From an uncultured beta proteobacterium (GTDB lineage Bacteria; Pseudomonadota; Gammaproteobacteria; Burkholderiales; Casimicrobiaceae): DNA of 64,000 nt. Positions 1 to 10,379 of this stretch are shown piece after piece. Numbering within the stretch: the stretch's first letter is position 1; every line of letters starts with the position of its first letter. The stretch spans positions 74,215 through 138,214 of the forward strand of contig CAWIIO010000002.1 of the NCBI GenBank assembly GCA_963836265.1. Direction: 5' to 3'. The notes beneath the pieces were generated by a model. It was not told the DNA's origin. It did not search any database and worked only from the letters and a program-made list of their open reading frames with translations. Position numbers and translations under genes: made by a program.

Positions 1-431
1 GCGGCGAGCAACGACTGGTGCGCGAGCTGACCGTGGAGGTCGACCAGCATCTCGCCGACTTCCTTCAGTTGGGCGAGGGTCGCCGGGCGGCCGTTGATCC
101 AGGCGCGGCTCCTTCCCTGCGCGTCCTGCGTCCGGCGCAGGAGGAGCGTCGCGTCGGCGGGTGCAGCGTCGGCTCCCATCCCTTGTTCGGCAAGCCAGGC
201 GGCGACGTCCGAATCATAGTCGACCTCGAAGGCTGCAGCGATCTCGGCGCGTTCGGCGCCGGGCTTCAACTGGCGCAGCTCGAAGCGGTCGCCGAGGAGC
301 AACGCCAGCGCGTCGAGCAGAATCGACTTGCCGGCGCCGGTCTCCCCGGTCAGCACCGAAAAGCCGCCGGCAAGCTCGAGGTCGAGCGTTTCGACGACGA
401 CGAAATTGCGGATGGACAGGAGCCGCAGCAT
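1..431 (-). CDS. recN: DNA repair protein RecN, N-terminal part (gene runs off left edge)
   Basis: Reverse translation from ATG at 431 gives MLRLLSIRNFVVVETLDLELAGGFSVLTGETGAGKSILLDALALL..., an SMC-type RecN N-terminus with Walker A GETGAGKS. It lies 10 nt downstream of nadK on the same strand. Confidence 0.85.
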   Translation of the reverse strand, partial: MLRLLSIRNFVVVETLDLELAGGFSVLTGETGAGKSILLDALALLLGDRFELRQLKPGAERAEIAAAFEVDYDSDVAAWLAEQGMGADAAPADATLLLRRTQDAQGRSRAWINGRPATLAQLKEVGEMLVDLHGQLAHQSLLA

Positions 432-441
432 GCGCCCAGCG

Positions 442-1347
442 CTATGGCCGCAGGCGCTCTGGCGTCTCGCTCCAGTGCAGCTTCTCGCGCAGCATCGCGA
501 AGTGGTCGTAGCCTTCGGGATGCAGGAGCCGCACCGCATGCGCGGCGCGCCGGACCGACACGCGGTCGCCTTCGTGCAACTGGACGTGCGCCTGCCCGTC
601 GCAATGTGCCCACGCGTCGGTACCGCGGAGCAGCGTGATGACGATCGTCGCTGCGTCGCCGATGGCGATCGGTCGGTTGGTGAGCGCGTGCGGCGCAACC
701 GGCACGAGCAGCAGCGCTGGCACCTGCGGGTCGACGATCGGGCCCTGCGCGGAGAGCGCGTACGCCGTCGAGCCGGTGGGCGTCGCGATGATGAGGCCGT
801 CGGAGCGCATCGCGTAGACGAAGCGACCGTCGATGTCGACGGCGCTGTCGATCATTCCGCCCGACGTGCCGCGGTTGACGACCACATCGTTGAGCGCGAG
901 CACCGTCTCCTCGGCGCCGTCGGCCGCGCGATGGACGGTTGCCTCGAGCAGCGTGCGTCGCTCCTCGATGTAGCGACCGGCGAGGATCGCGGAAAGGGCG
1001 TCCTCCATGTGGGCGAGCGGAACGTCGGTCAGGAACCCTAGCCGGCCCTGGTTGACGCCGATGAGGGGGACATCGAAAAGCGCGAGCTGGCGGGCAATCG
1101 AGAGCATGGTGCCGTCGCCGCCGAGGACGATCGCGACGTCGGCTTCCCTGCCAAGCGTTTCCGCGGCAGCGGTCGGGTAGCCGGGCAGCGGCGTATGGCG
1201 CGCCGTTTCGGCCTCCAGGACGACCGCGTGGCCGCGCTCTGCAAGAAAGGCAGCAAGCTGCGACAACGGCTCGGCGATGCCCGGGCTCGCGTAGCGTCCG
1301 ACCAGCGCGACGCGGCGGAAACGGGCGGCGGCGGGGGGCGCGGGCAT
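442..1347 (-). CDS. nadK: NAD kinase
   Basis: 301-aa ORF with GGDGT(M)L and the NAD-kinase motifs [10 protein letters not shown] and [16 protein letters not shown]. Confidence 0.93.
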   Translation of the reverse strand: MPAPPAAARFRRVALVGRYASPGIAEPLSQLAAFLAERGHAVVLEAETARHTPLPGYPTAAAETLGREADVAIVLGGDGTMLSIARQLALFDVPLIGVNQGRLGFLTDVPLAHMEDALSAILAGRYIEERRTLLEATVHRAADGAEETVLALNDVVVNRGTSGGMIDSAVDIDGRFVYAMRSDGLIIATPTGSTAYALSAQGPIVDPQVPALLLVPVAPHALTNRPIAIGDAATIVITLLRGTDAWAHCDGQAHVQLHEGDRVSVRRAAHAVRLLHPEGYDHFAMLREKLHWSETPERLRP

Positions 1348-1472
1348 GGGCGGGATTAAAGCACACGCGGCGAAATGCCAGAAGCCGACAAAGGGACGAC
1401 GCTTTTCGGCGCCGGCTGCCGGCCGGCACGCTGCATGGGCCAGGTGCCGGCCCCGACGGTAAAATAGCCGTC

Positions 1473-2498
1473 ATGCTGGATCGCCGCGCCCAACACCTGC
1501 TGAAGACGCTGATCGAGCGTTACGTCGCCGAGGGCCAGCCCGTCGGCTCGCGGGTGCTGTCCAGGCAATCGGGCCTCGAGCTCTCGCCGGCGACGATCCG
1601 CAACGTGATGGCGGATCTGGAAGACCTCGGCTACATCGCAAGTCCGCATACGTCGGCCGGCCGCGTGCCGACGCCGAAGGGCTACCGCTTTTTCGTCGAC
1701 AGCCTGATGGTGATGCAGCCGCTCGAGGACATCGAGATCCATCGGCTCGAAGGGGAGTTCGTCGCCGACCGGCCGCAGGAGCTCGTGAGCGCCGCCGCGT
1801 CGCTCCTCTCCCAGCTCACGCATTTTGCCGGCGTCGTGATGACGCCGAAGCGGCGCGAGGCGTCGTTTCGCCACCTCGAGTTCCTGCGCCTGTCGGACCG
1901 GCGCGTGCTGCTTATCATCGTCACGTCCGAAGGCGACGTGCAGAACCGGATCCTGCACACCGACCGCGCGTACACGCAGCCACAGCTGGTCGAAGCGACG
2001 AATTTCTTCAACGAGCACTATGCCGGGCAGCCGTTCGGCGCCTTGCGCGGCTTGCTCGCCGACGAGCTCAACTCGCTGCGCGAGGACATCGTGGGTCTGA
2101 TGACCGCGGCGGTGGAGGTCGGCGGTGCCGCGCTCCACGAGGCCGAGGCGCTGGTGGTCACCGGCGAGAAGAACCTGCTTTCGGCGTCCGACCTCGCGTC
2201 GAACATGGATCGTCTGCGGCGGCTGTTCGAGCTCTTCGAGCAGAAGACCTCGCTGCTGCATCTGCTCGACGTATCCCAGCGAGCGCAGGGCGTGCAGATC
2301 TACATCGGCGGCGAATCGGGGCTCGTGCCGCTCGACGAATGCAGCGTCGTCACGGCACGCTACGAAATCGACGGCCAGGTCATCGGCACGCTGGGCGTGA
2401 TCGGGCCGACGCGGATGGCCTACGAGCGCGTGATCCCGATCGTCGACGTGACGGCGAAGCTTCTTTCGAACGCCTTGACGCAGCAGATGAACGACTGA
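1473..2498 (+). CDS. hrcA: heat-inducible transcription repressor HrcA
   Basis: 341-aa ORF. The N-terminus [29 protein letters not shown]...[16 protein letters not shown] is the typical HrcA winged-helix region. Divergent from nadK-recN. Confidence 0.95.
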   Translation: MLDRRAQHLLKTLIERYVAEGQPVGSRVLSRQSGLELSPATIRNVMADLEDLGYIASPHTSAGRVPTPKGYRFFVDSLMVMQPLEDIEIHRLEGEFVADRPQELVSAAASLLSQLTHFAGVVMTPKRREASFRHLEFLRLSDRRVLLIIVTSEGDVQNRILHTDRAYTQPQLVEATNFFNEHYAGQPFGALRGLLADELNSLREDIVGLMTAAVEVGGAALHEAEALVVTGEKNLLSASDLASNMDRLRRLFELFEQKTSLLHLLDVSQRAQGVQIYIGGESGLVPLDECSVVTARYEIDGQVIGTLGVIGPTRMAYERVIPIVDVTAKLLSNALTQQMND

Positions 2499-3013
2499 TG
2501 CCCTCGACCGCCGCCCCGCATGACAATGCCGGGCTGATCGCGCGTTTCTACGCGGCGCTCGACCGGCGCGATGCCGAGACGATCGCCGCCTGCTACGCAC
2601 CCGACGCGACGTTCTCCGACCCGGTGTTCCCGCGGCTCGACGCCGCCGGCGTCACCGCGATGTGGCGGATGCTCTGTGCGCGCGGCAAAGACTTGCGCGT
2701 CGTCGCCTCCGATATTACCGCCGACGCGACGTCGGGAAGCGCGCACTGGGTCGCGACCTACACGTACACGGCGACCGGCAGGAAGGTGGTGAACCGGGTC
2801 GACGCCGCCTTCACGCTCCGCGATGGCCGCATCGCGCGGCACGTCGATCGCTTCGACCTGCACCGCTGGATGCGGCAGGCGCTGGGCGTCAAGGGACTGC
2901 TGCTGGGCTGGCTCCCGCCGGCGCAGCGTGCGGTGCGCAGGCAGGCCTTCCACGCGCTCGCCGCCTGGCGCGAAAAGACAGGATCGGCGCCCGGGGCGGT
3001 GCCGCCTCGCTAA
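2498..3013 (+). CDS. SnoaL-like / NTF2-fold family protein
   Basis: The ATG overlaps the hrcA stop (TGATG). The sequence IARFYAALDRRDAETIAACYAPDATFSDPVF...DGRIARHVDRFD fits the SnoaL / ketosteroid-isomerase-like fold pattern. The upstream part of track ORF 2339-3013 overlaps hrcA and is rejected. Confidence 0.7.
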   Translation: MPSTAAPHDNAGLIARFYAALDRRDAETIAACYAPDATFSDPVFPRLDAAGVTAMWRMLCARGKDLRVVASDITADATSGSAHWVATYTYTATGRKVVNRVDAAFTLRDGRIARHVDRFDLHRWMRQALGVKGLLLGWLPPAQRAVRRQAFHALAAWREKTGSAPGAVPPR

Positions 3014-3019
3014 GGGCGC

Positions 3020-4132
3020 ATGGGGAGCTACCGCCGCGAGCCGCCGTTCGCGCACGACCGCGCGCCGAAAGTCGGCGTGCTGCTCGTGAATCTGGGCACG
3101 CCCGACGCGCCGACGCCTGCCGCCGTGCGCCGCTATCTCGCGGAGTTCCTGACCGACCCGCGCGTGGTCGAGATCGCGGCAGCGCTCTGGCGACCGATCT
3201 TGCACGGAATCATCCTGCGCACGCGACCCGCACGGTCGGCAAGAAAATATGCGCAGATCTGGACGAAGGACGGCTCGCCGCTGCTCGTCCACAGCCTGAA
3301 GCAGAAATCGCTGCTGCAGGGTCTCGTGGGTCAGCGCCTCAAGGCCGCTGGTTTACCGTCCGATTTCGTCCCCGTCGAGCTCGGCATGCGCTACGGCGCC
3401 CCGGGCATTGCCGGCGCGCTCGGCAAGCTCAAAGGCGCCGGTTGCGACCGCATTCTCGTGTTGCCGCTGTATCCGCAGTACGCGGCGAGCTCGACCGCCT
3501 CGGCCTTCGACGCCGTCTGGGCTTGCCTGCAGCGGACGCGAAGAGTTCCAGCGCTGCGGACGATCGACGGCTTTCACGACGAGCCCGGCTACATCAAGGC
3601 GCTCGCGCAGAACGTCAACGACTATTGGGTCAAGCACGGCCGGCCCGACCATCTCGTGCTGTCGTTCCACGGCCTGCCGCGGCGCGCGCTCGACCTCGGC
3701 GACCCCTACCACTGTCAGTGCCACAAGACGGCACGCCTGCTGATGACGGAGCTGGGGATCGAAGCCGACCACTGCGCCATCGCGTTCCAATCGCGCTTCG
3801 GGCGGGCGGAGTGGCTCAAGCCCTATACCGCCGAGACGCTGGTCGCGCTCGCAAAGGCGGGCAAGGGCCGCGTCGACGTGATCTGCCCGGGCTTCGTTGC
3901 CGACTGCCTCGAAACGCTCGAAGAGATCGGCATCGAGGGACGGCAGGCATTCCTCCGCGCCGGCGGCAAGGATTTCCACGTGATCCCGTGCCTGAACGAG
4001 CACCCGCGGTGGATCGCCGCCCTTGCCGAGCTCGTGCATCGTAACCTCTCGGGCTGGCTTTCCCCGACCCCGGACGCGTCGGCGCGCGAGCTCACCCTGC
4101 TTCGCGCCAGGGCCCATGGCGCGCGCCAGTAA
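3020..4132 (+). CDS. hemH: ferrochelatase
   Basis: 370-aa ORF: [35 protein letters not shown]..., [14 protein letters not shown], and SFHGLP near the middle. Confidence 0.95.
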   Translation: MGSYRREPPFAHDRAPKVGVLLVNLGTPDAPTPAAVRRYLAEFLTDPRVVEIAAALWRPILHGIILRTRPARSARKYAQIWTKDGSPLLVHSLKQKSLLQGLVGQRLKAAGLPSDFVPVELGMRYGAPGIAGALGKLKGAGCDRILVLPLYPQYAASSTASAFDAVWACLQRTRRVPALRTIDGFHDEPGYIKALAQNVNDYWVKHGRPDHLVLSFHGLPRRALDLGDPYHCQCHKTARLLMTELGIEADHCAIAFQSRFGRAEWLKPYTAETLVALAKAGKGRVDVICPGFVADCLETLEEIGIEGRQAFLRAGGKDFHVIPCLNEHPRWIAALAELVHRNLSGWLSPTPDASARELTLLRARAHGARQ

Positions 4133-4259
4133 CGGACGGCGTCAGCGGCCAAGACGTTCCGCCGCGGCGCGTGGCCGCGCGGAAGGCCATTCGATAAGCA
4201 TTTGTTTTGATATTGATCTTTAACCGCTGCCGGCCCGATCCGAAACGCCGGCGAAACGT

Positions 4260-4287
4260 GTTGAAAAACCCGAGAATGCCCCCATGC
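4260..4287 (+). promoter_or_regulatory. RpoH (sigma-32)-type heat-shock promoter upstream of grpE-dnaK
   Basis: gTTGAAA at 4260-4266 and CCCCAT at 4280-4285, about 13-14 nt apart. This matches the sigma-32 consensus CTTGAA-N13-15-CCCCATNT. It lies about 50 nt upstream of the grpE ATG in a locally AT-rich gap. Confidence 0.6.
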
Positions 4288-4338
4288 TGCAATCTGGGCG
4301 GAAAAACACCGCACAAATAGACACAGGAACGAACCGCG

Positions 4339-4965
4339 ATGACTACCTCCCACAAACGATCCCACGCGCAAGCGCCGGGGCCGGAGGCGACGCCACCGAT
4401 CCTGGGCGACGCCCACGCCGCGGAAACGATCCCCGAGCTCGCCCGCGCCGATCCCGCACCCGATATCGGCGCGCTCCTCAAGAAAGCGGAGGACGAAGCC
4501 GCGGGGTTGAAGGACGCGTGGCTCCGGGCGCGCGCCGATCTCGAAAACGTGCGCAAGCAGGCGGCGAACGATCTCGCCCGGGCCCACAAGTACGCGATCG
4601 AGCGGTTCGCCAGCGAGCTGCTTCCCGTCAAGGACGCGCTCGAATCGGCGCTCGACGCGGACAACGCGACGCCGGAGGCGCTGAGGGCCGGCGTCCTGCT
4701 CACGCTGAAGCAGCTCGTCGCGGCGTTCGAGAAGGAGCAGATCGCCGAGATCGATCCCGCCGGGGCCGCTTTCGATCCGCACCAACACCAGGCGATGACG
4801 TTGGTCGACAGCGAGCAGCCGCCGAACAGCGTGGTCCAGGTTTTCCAGAAGGGCTACCGCCTCAGCGATCGCGTGCTGCGGCCGGCGCTGGTGTCCGTCG
4901 CCAAGATTCCGGACGTGCCGCCCGCGGGCCAACGGCTTGATCCGACGGCCGAAACCCCCACCTAG
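4339..4965 (+). CDS. grpE: nucleotide exchange factor GrpE
   Basis: 208-aa ORF with the GrpE core [39 protein letters not shown] and C-terminal [14 protein letters not shown]. Confidence 0.93.
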   Translation: MTTSHKRSHAQAPGPEATPPILGDAHAAETIPELARADPAPDIGALLKKAEDEAAGLKDAWLRARADLENVRKQAANDLARAHKYAIERFASELLPVKDALESALDADNATPEALRAGVLLTLKQLVAAFEKEQIAEIDPAGAAFDPHQHQAMTLVDSEQPPNSVVQVFQKGYRLSDRVLRPALVSVAKIPDVPPAGQRLDPTAETPT

Positions 4966-5006
4966 CGCTCAGGCACTCATCTGAAGGATTCCGGAGGGAA
5001 ACGAAC

Positions 5007-6953
5007 ATGGGCAAGATCATCGGTATCGACCTTGGCACGACGAACAGCTGTGTCGCGATTATGGAAGGCGGCCAGCCGAAAGTGATCGAGAATGCCGAGG
5101 GCGCGCGGACGACGCCGTCGGTCGTCGCGTACCAGGAAGACGGCGAGATCCTCGTCGGCGCCTCGGCGAAGCGGCAGGCGATCACCAACGCCAAGAACAC
5201 CGTGTTCGCGGTGAAGCGGCTGATCGGCCGGCGCTTCGAGGAAAAGGAGGTGCAGAAGGACATCGGCCTGATGCCGTACAAGATCGTCCGCCATTCGAAC
5301 GGCGACGCCTGGGTCGAGATTCGCGGCAAGGCGATTGCGCCCTCGCAAGTGTCGGCCGAGATTCTGCGCAAGATGAAGAAGACCGCCGAGGACTATCTCG
5401 GCGAGGAAGTCACCGAAGCCGTCATCACGGTGCCGGCGTACTTCAACGACTCGCAGCGGCAGGCGACCAAGGACGCGGGCCGGATCGCCGGTCTCGACGT
5501 CAAGCGGATCATCAACGAGCCGACCGCCGCGGCGCTCGCCTTCGGGATGGACAAGAAGGAGGGCGACCGCAAGATCGCCGTTTATGACCTGGGCGGCGGG
5601 ACGTTCGACATCTCGATCATCGAGATCGCCGAGGTCGAGAAGGAGCACCAGTTCGAGGTGCTGTCGACCAACGGCGACACGTTCCTCGGCGGCGAGGACT
5701 TCGACCAGCGGCTGATCGATTACATCGTCACCGAGTTCAAGAAGGACCAGGGCGTCGACCTGAAGAACGACGTGCTCGCGCTGCAGCGGCTCAAGGAAGC
5801 CGCTGAAAAAGCGAAGATCGAGCTGTCGTCCACGCAACAGACCGAGGTCAATCTGCCCTACATCACTGCGGACCAGAGCGGGCCGAAGCATCTGACGATG
5901 AAGCTCACCCGCGCGAAGTTCGAGTCGCTGGTCGAGGACCTGATCGAGAAGACGGTCGAGCCCTGCCGCATCGCAGTCAAGGATGCGGGCGTCGCGCTGT
6001 CCGACATCAGCGACGTGATCCTCGTCGGTGGGATGACGCGGATGCCGAAGGTGCAGGAGACGGTGAAGGCCTTTTTCGGCAAGGAGCCGCGCAAGGACGT
6101 GAACCCGGACGAGGCGGTCGCGGTCGGCGCGGCGATCCAGGGTGGCGTGCTCAAGGGCGACGTCAAGGACGTGCTGCTGCTCGATGTGACGCCGTTGTCG
6201 CTCGGCATCGAGACGCTGGGCGGCGTGATGACCAAGCTGATCCAGAAGAACACGACGATTCCGACCAAGGCGCAGCAGACGTTCTCGACGGCCGACGATA
6301 ACCAGTCGGCGGTGACGATCCACGTGCTGCAGGGCGAGCGCGATGTCGCGTCCGGCAACAAAAGCCTCGGTCAGTTCAATCTGGAAGGGATTCCGCCTGC
6401 GCCGCGTGGGATGCCGCAGATCGAGGTGACGTTCGACATCGACGCCAACGGGATCCTGCACGTATCGGCAAAGGACAAGGCGACCGGCAAGGAGAGCACC
6501 ATCAAGATCAAGGCGAGCTCCGGCTTGTCGGAGGCCGAGATCCAGTCGATGGTTAAGGATGCCGAGGCGCACGCTGACGACGACCGCAAGCAGCTCGAGG
6601 TCGTGCAGGCGCGGAACGCCCTCGACGCGCTGGTGCACAGCGTGAAGAAGTCGGTGGCGGACTACGGCGACAAGGTCGACGCCGACGAGAAGGGCAAGAT
6701 CGAAGGGGCGTTGAAGGAAGCCGAGGAGCTGCTGAAGCAGAAGGACGCCGCGAAGGACGCGCTCGAAGCCAAGGCCGAGTCGCTCGCGAAGGCCGCGCAG
6801 AAGCTGGGCGAGATCATGTATGCGCAAGCGCAGCAGCACGCGCAAGCCGCAGGCGGCGATGGCGGCGGTGGCGTCAAGGTAGGCGACGAGGGAAAGAAGG
6901 AGGAGAAGGTCGTCGACGCCGAGTTCACGGAGGTCAAGGACGGGAAGGGCTAA
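5007..6953 (+). CDS. dnaK: molecular chaperone DnaK (Hsp70)
   Basis: 648-aa ORF starting [22 protein letters not shown], with [13 protein letters not shown] and other Hsp70 signatures. GGAGGG ribosome-binding site upstream. Confidence 0.99.
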   Translation: MGKIIGIDLGTTNSCVAIMEGGQPKVIENAEGARTTPSVVAYQEDGEILVGASAKRQAITNAKNTVFAVKRLIGRRFEEKEVQKDIGLMPYKIVRHSNGDAWVEIRGKAIAPSQVSAEILRKMKKTAEDYLGEEVTEAVITVPAYFNDSQRQATKDAGRIAGLDVKRIINEPTAAALAFGMDKKEGDRKIAVYDLGGGTFDISIIEIAEVEKEHQFEVLSTNGDTFLGGEDFDQRLIDYIVTEFKKDQGVDLKNDVLALQRLKEAAEKAKIELSSTQQTEVNLPYITADQSGPKHLTMKLTRAKFESLVEDLIEKTVEPCRIAVKDAGVALSDISDVILVGGMTRMPKVQETVKAFFGKEPRKDVNPDEAVAVGAAIQGGVLKGDVKDVLLLDVTPLSLGIETLGGVMTKLIQKNTTIPTKAQQTFSTADDNQSAVTIHVLQGERDVASGNKSLGQFNLEGIPPAPRGMPQIEVTFDIDANGILHVSAKDKATGKESTIKIKASSGLSEAEIQSMVKDAEAHADDDRKQLEVVQARNALDALVHSVKKSVADYGDKVDADEKGKIEGALKEAEELLKQKDAAKDALEAKAESLAKAAQKLGEIMYAQAQQHAQAAGGDGGGGVKVGDEGKKEEKVVDAEFTEVKDGKG

Positions 6954-7031
6954 CCGTCCTGACCCTCCTGCATATCCCGTCGCGGCTGCGTTGTCGCGGT
7001 TTCCCAGCGACGTTTGCGCGGCGGGAGATGT

Positions 7032-7073
7032 GTCCGCGTTCAACCGGCGTCGACGCCGGCGGTTAACGCGGAC
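7032..7073. other. long imperfect palindrome / stem-loop in the dnaK-dnaJ spacer
   Basis: GTCCGCGTTcAACCGGCGTCGACGCCGGcGGTTAACGCGGAC is nearly self-complementary over 42 nt. No T-run follows it. Confidence 0.4.
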
Positions 7074-7144
7074 CTGGCCGTGCCGCCTGGAGGGGCGGCG
7101 CGGCTCTTTGCATTGAGGCAGCGAGCAGGCAATCAGGGGAAGTG

Positions 7145-8293
7145 ATGGCGAAGCGCGATTACTACACGGTGCTCGGTGTCAACCGCGACGTTTCCGAAGA
7201 GGACATCAAGAAGTCCTACCGCAAGCTCGCGATGAAGCACCACCCGGACCGCAATCCCGACGACCAGAACTCCGAGGAGAAATTCAAGGAAGCGAAGGAA
7301 GCCTACGAAGTTCTTACGGATCCGAAAAAGCGCGCCGCCTACGATCAATTCGGGCACGCCGGCGTTGATCCGTCCATGGGTTTCGGTGCCGCCGGCGCGC
7401 GCGGTTTCGGCGGCGGTCCGGAGGGATTCGGCGGCTTCGCCGATGCGTTCGGCGACATCTTCGGCGAAATCTTCGGCGCGCAGCGAGGTGGCCGTGGCAC
7501 CGGGGTCTATCGCGGCGCGGATCTGCGCTACAACCTCGAGCTCACCCTGGAGGAGGCGGCGCGTGGCACCGAGGTGAAGATCCGCATTCCGGCGATGGAG
7601 GAATGCGCGACCTGCCACGGCACCGGGGCGAAACCGGGCACCCAGCCCAAGCCATGCGGCATGTGCCACGGCCGCGGCGAAGTACGGGTGTCGCAGGGCT
7701 TTTTCTCGATCCAGCAGACGTGCCCGACCTGCCGCGGCACGGGGAAGGTCATTCCGGACCCGTGCACGACCTGTCACGGTGCCGGCCGCGTCAAACAGCA
7801 AAAGACGCTGTCGGTCAAGATTCCCATGGGGGTCGACCAGGACGATCGGATCCGCCTCACCGGCGAAGGCGAAGCGGGAATGAATGGCGGGCCGCCGGGC
7901 GACCTCTATGTCGTGGTCAACCTGAAGCCGCACGCCGTGTTCCAGCGCGAAGGCGGCGACCTGCATTGCGAAATGCCGATCAGCTTCGCGACGGCGGCGC
8001 TGGGTGGCGAGATCGAGATCCCGACGCTCGACGGCCACGCGAAGATCAGAGTTCCCGCGGAGACTCAGACCGGCCAGGTGTTCCGATTGCGCGGCAAGGG
8101 TATCCGCCAGGTCCGCGGCTCGCACCAGGGCGATCTCTTCTGTCACGTCGCGATCGAAACGCCCGTGAAGCTAACGTCCCGGCAACGCGAGTTGCTGCGG
8201 GAGTTCGAAGCGATCAACGAAGGGGATCCGGGGGCGCACAATCCGCGAGCAAAGTCGTTCATGGACAAGGTCAGGGAGTTCTTCACCCCTTGA
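7145..8293 (+). CDS. dnaJ: molecular chaperone DnaJ
   Basis: [12 protein letters not shown]...HPDRNP J-domain, a G/F-rich linker and four CxxCxGxG zinc-finger repeats. ATG at 7145 is preferred over GTG at 7142. Confidence 0.98.
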   Translation: MAKRDYYTVLGVNRDVSEEDIKKSYRKLAMKHHPDRNPDDQNSEEKFKEAKEAYEVLTDPKKRAAYDQFGHAGVDPSMGFGAAGARGFGGGPEGFGGFADAFGDIFGEIFGAQRGGRGTGVYRGADLRYNLELTLEEAARGTEVKIRIPAMEECATCHGTGAKPGTQPKPCGMCHGRGEVRVSQGFFSIQQTCPTCRGTGKVIPDPCTTCHGAGRVKQQKTLSVKIPMGVDQDDRIRLTGEGEAGMNGGPPGDLYVVVNLKPHAVFQREGGDLHCEMPISFATAALGGEIEIPTLDGHAKIRVPAETQTGQVFRLRGKGIRQVRGSHQGDLFCHVAIETPVKLTSRQRELLREFEAINEGDPGAHNPRAKSFMDKVREFFTP

Positions 8294-8390
8294 GCTCGCC
8301 TTCCGCGGCCGCCCGCTCGCGGTGGGCCGCGGCGAGCGTGCTGCCCGTAGAATGGACCGCATTGCGTCCCGGCCACCGAAGGAGCGTTCC

Positions 8391-9533
8391 GTGCCCGTCC
8401 GCAATCTCGTAGCAATCCTCGCGCTCGCGTTTTCGGCGGCGGCTGCGGCCCAAATCAAGGTTGGCCTCATGGTGTCGGCGACGGGGCCCACCACTGCGAT
8501 CGGGATTCCGCAGCAGAACACCGGCGCGCTGCTGCCGACGCGAATCGGCGGCGCGAGCGTCGCGTACATCCAGCTCGACGACGGCGGCGACACGACACGC
8601 GCCGTGCAGAACGCGAAAAAGCTGCTGCAGCAATACAACGTCGACGCGCTGATCGGACCGTCGACGACGCCCAATGCGCTTGCGATCCTGGACCTGGTCG
8701 TCGCCAGCAAAGTGCCTCTTCTAGCGACGGTCGGCACGTCGAGCGTCATCGAGCCGATGGACGCGAAGCGACGGTGGGTCTTCAAGACGACGCAGAACGA
8801 CGACCTGATCGCCGCCGCGCTGGTCAAGCACATGGCGAAGTCCGGCGTGAAGACGGTAGGATTCATCGGGTTCAAGGACCCCTACGGCGAGAACTGGCAT
8901 AGGGTCTTCACGCCGATTGCGGAGGAGGCGGGCATCCGGCTCGTCGCGACCGAGTATTACCAGCGCGCCGATCAGAGCGTCACCGGCCAGGCGCTCAAGC
9001 TGATGGCTGCGCAGCCGGACGCCGTCCTGGTCGCCGGCGTCGGCGGTCCCGGCGTGCTGCCGCAGGCGACGCTCCGCGATCAGGGCTACAAGGGCGCGAT
9101 CTATCAGACCCACGGCGTGGCGACCGATGACTTCATCCGGCTCGGCAAGGACAAGGTCGAAGGCACGGTGCTCGCGGCGGGGCCGATGCTGGTGATCGAC
9201 GAGATCAGCGACGCGAATCCGGTGAAAAAGGTCGCGCAAAACTACATCTCGGTCTACGAAGAGCGGTTCAAGCAGAAGCCCGCCACATTCGGCGCCAACA
9301 CCTGGGACGCCGGCATCATCCTGCAGCGCGCGATCCCTGCCGCGCTCGCGCAGGCAAGGCCCGGGACCGAACCGTTCCGCACGGCGCTCCGCGATGCGAT
9401 CGAAAAGGAGCGCGAGATCGTCGGCTGTCAGGGCGTGTTCAACATGTCGCCGACGAACCACAACGGGATGGACGAGCGCGCGCGCGTGCTCGTCGTCGTG
9501 AAGGACGGAAAATTCCGGTTGCTGCGCGAATGA
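8391..9533 (+). CDS. periplasmic ABC substrate-binding protein, branched-chain amino acid (LivJ/LivK-like) family
   Basis: GTG at 8391 is preceded by GGAG. Signal peptide VPVRNLVAILALAFSAAAAAQ is followed by IKVGLMVSATGP...DDGGDTTRAVQNAKKLL, typical of the type-I SBP family. No permease or ATPase genes are adjacent. Confidence 0.85.
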   Translation: MPVRNLVAILALAFSAAAAAQIKVGLMVSATGPTTAIGIPQQNTGALLPTRIGGASVAYIQLDDGGDTTRAVQNAKKLLQQYNVDALIGPSTTPNALAILDLVVASKVPLLATVGTSSVIEPMDAKRRWVFKTTQNDDLIAAALVKHMAKSGVKTVGFIGFKDPYGENWHRVFTPIAEEAGIRLVATEYYQRADQSVTGQALKLMAAQPDAVLVAGVGGPGVLPQATLRDQGYKGAIYQTHGVATDDFIRLGKDKVEGTVLAAGPMLVIDEISDANPVKKVAQNYISVYEERFKQKPATFGANTWDAGIILQRAIPAALAQARPGTEPFRTALRDAIEKEREIVGCQGVFNMSPTNHNGMDERARVLVVVKDGKFRLLRE

Positions 9534-9607
9534 GCGTCACGCGATCGGACAGATCAGCCGATGGTCCGACAAATCCTATTCCGGACCGCTAACTTGGAAG
9601 CCGACTG

Positions 9608-10216
9608 ATGACGTCCGCGCACGCGCCGATCGTCGGTATCCTGCTCGCCGCGGGGCGGGCGACGCGCTTCCGCGGCGACAAGCTTCTCGCCCGGCTGGGC
9701 TCGGGCGATCTTCCCGGCGAGCCGCTCGGTGTCGTCGCGTTGCGCCATTTGCGCGTGGCGGTTCCGGACGTCGTCGCAGTCGTGCGCCCGGATGATCGCG
9801 CGCTCGCCGCCGAGCTCGGCGCGAACGGCGCGCGCATCGTGCGCTGTGCGGACGCGGACGACGGCATGGGCGCGAGCCTCGCCTGCGGCGTGCGTGCGAG
9901 CGCGAATGCGCAAGGATGGATCGTCGCGCTCGCCGACATGCCGTGGATCGCGCCAGCGACGATCGCGCGTGTGGCCGCCGCGATCGCGCACGGGGCGCCG
10001 CTCGCCGCCCCGTTTCACCGCGGCGTGCGGGGCCATCCGGTGGGATTCTGTCACGGCTGCTACGAGGCGCTCGCAGCGCTGACGGGCGACGAAGGCGCGA
10101 AGGCGATCGTCGTCGCGCGCGCCGACGATCTCGTGCGCGTCGACAGCGACGACGAAGGCGTGCTGCGCGACGTCGATGTGCGGGGCGACATGAGTGGTCA
10201 CGGTCGCGGAACTTGA
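9608..10216 (+). CDS. MobA/MocA-like nucleotidyltransferase (molybdenum cofactor cytidylyl/guanylyl-transferase family)
   Basis: The N-terminal IVGILLAAGRATRF(G)DKLL motif and a later DMPW motif are characteristic of the MobA-like NTP-transferase family. Confidence 0.75.
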   Translation: MTSAHAPIVGILLAAGRATRFRGDKLLARLGSGDLPGEPLGVVALRHLRVAVPDVVAVVRPDDRALAAELGANGARIVRCADADDGMGASLACGVRASANAQGWIVALADMPWIAPATIARVAAAIAHGAPLAAPFHRGVRGHPVGFCHGCYEALAALTGDEGAKAIVVARADDLVRVDSDDEGVLRDVDVRGDMSGHGRGT

Positions 10217-10379
10217 GCGGGCCCATCGCTTCTTGCATCGAGCGCGAGCACGCAAGAAGGGGGAGCCTGTTCCAACCGATTCTGCGGCGCGGTCAAATCG
10301 ATGTTACGTTGAACGACGGGGTCTTGTGGCCGTTATCCCGTAGTCGCCCGGTCGGCGGTCGGCGCCGCAGCCGTTTCGC

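Noticed and set aside
4977-7043. 688-codon minus-strand ORF opposite dnaK
   Set aside because: It is antisense to a near-perfect Hsp70 sequence. The long open frame is a by-product of high GC3 (few stop codons on the complementary strand).
10229-10259. Isolated 8-bp-stem hairpins in intergenic regions: 10229-10259, 16951-16971 (GCGAATAT cggga ATATTCGC) and 39366-39386 (CCTTATGA cagca TCATAAGG). I considered them as a possible repeat (REP-like) family or as terminators.
   Set aside because: The three sequences are unrelated to each other, none is followed by a T-run, and each occurs once in the window. There is no evidence for a dispersed repeat family from this window alone.
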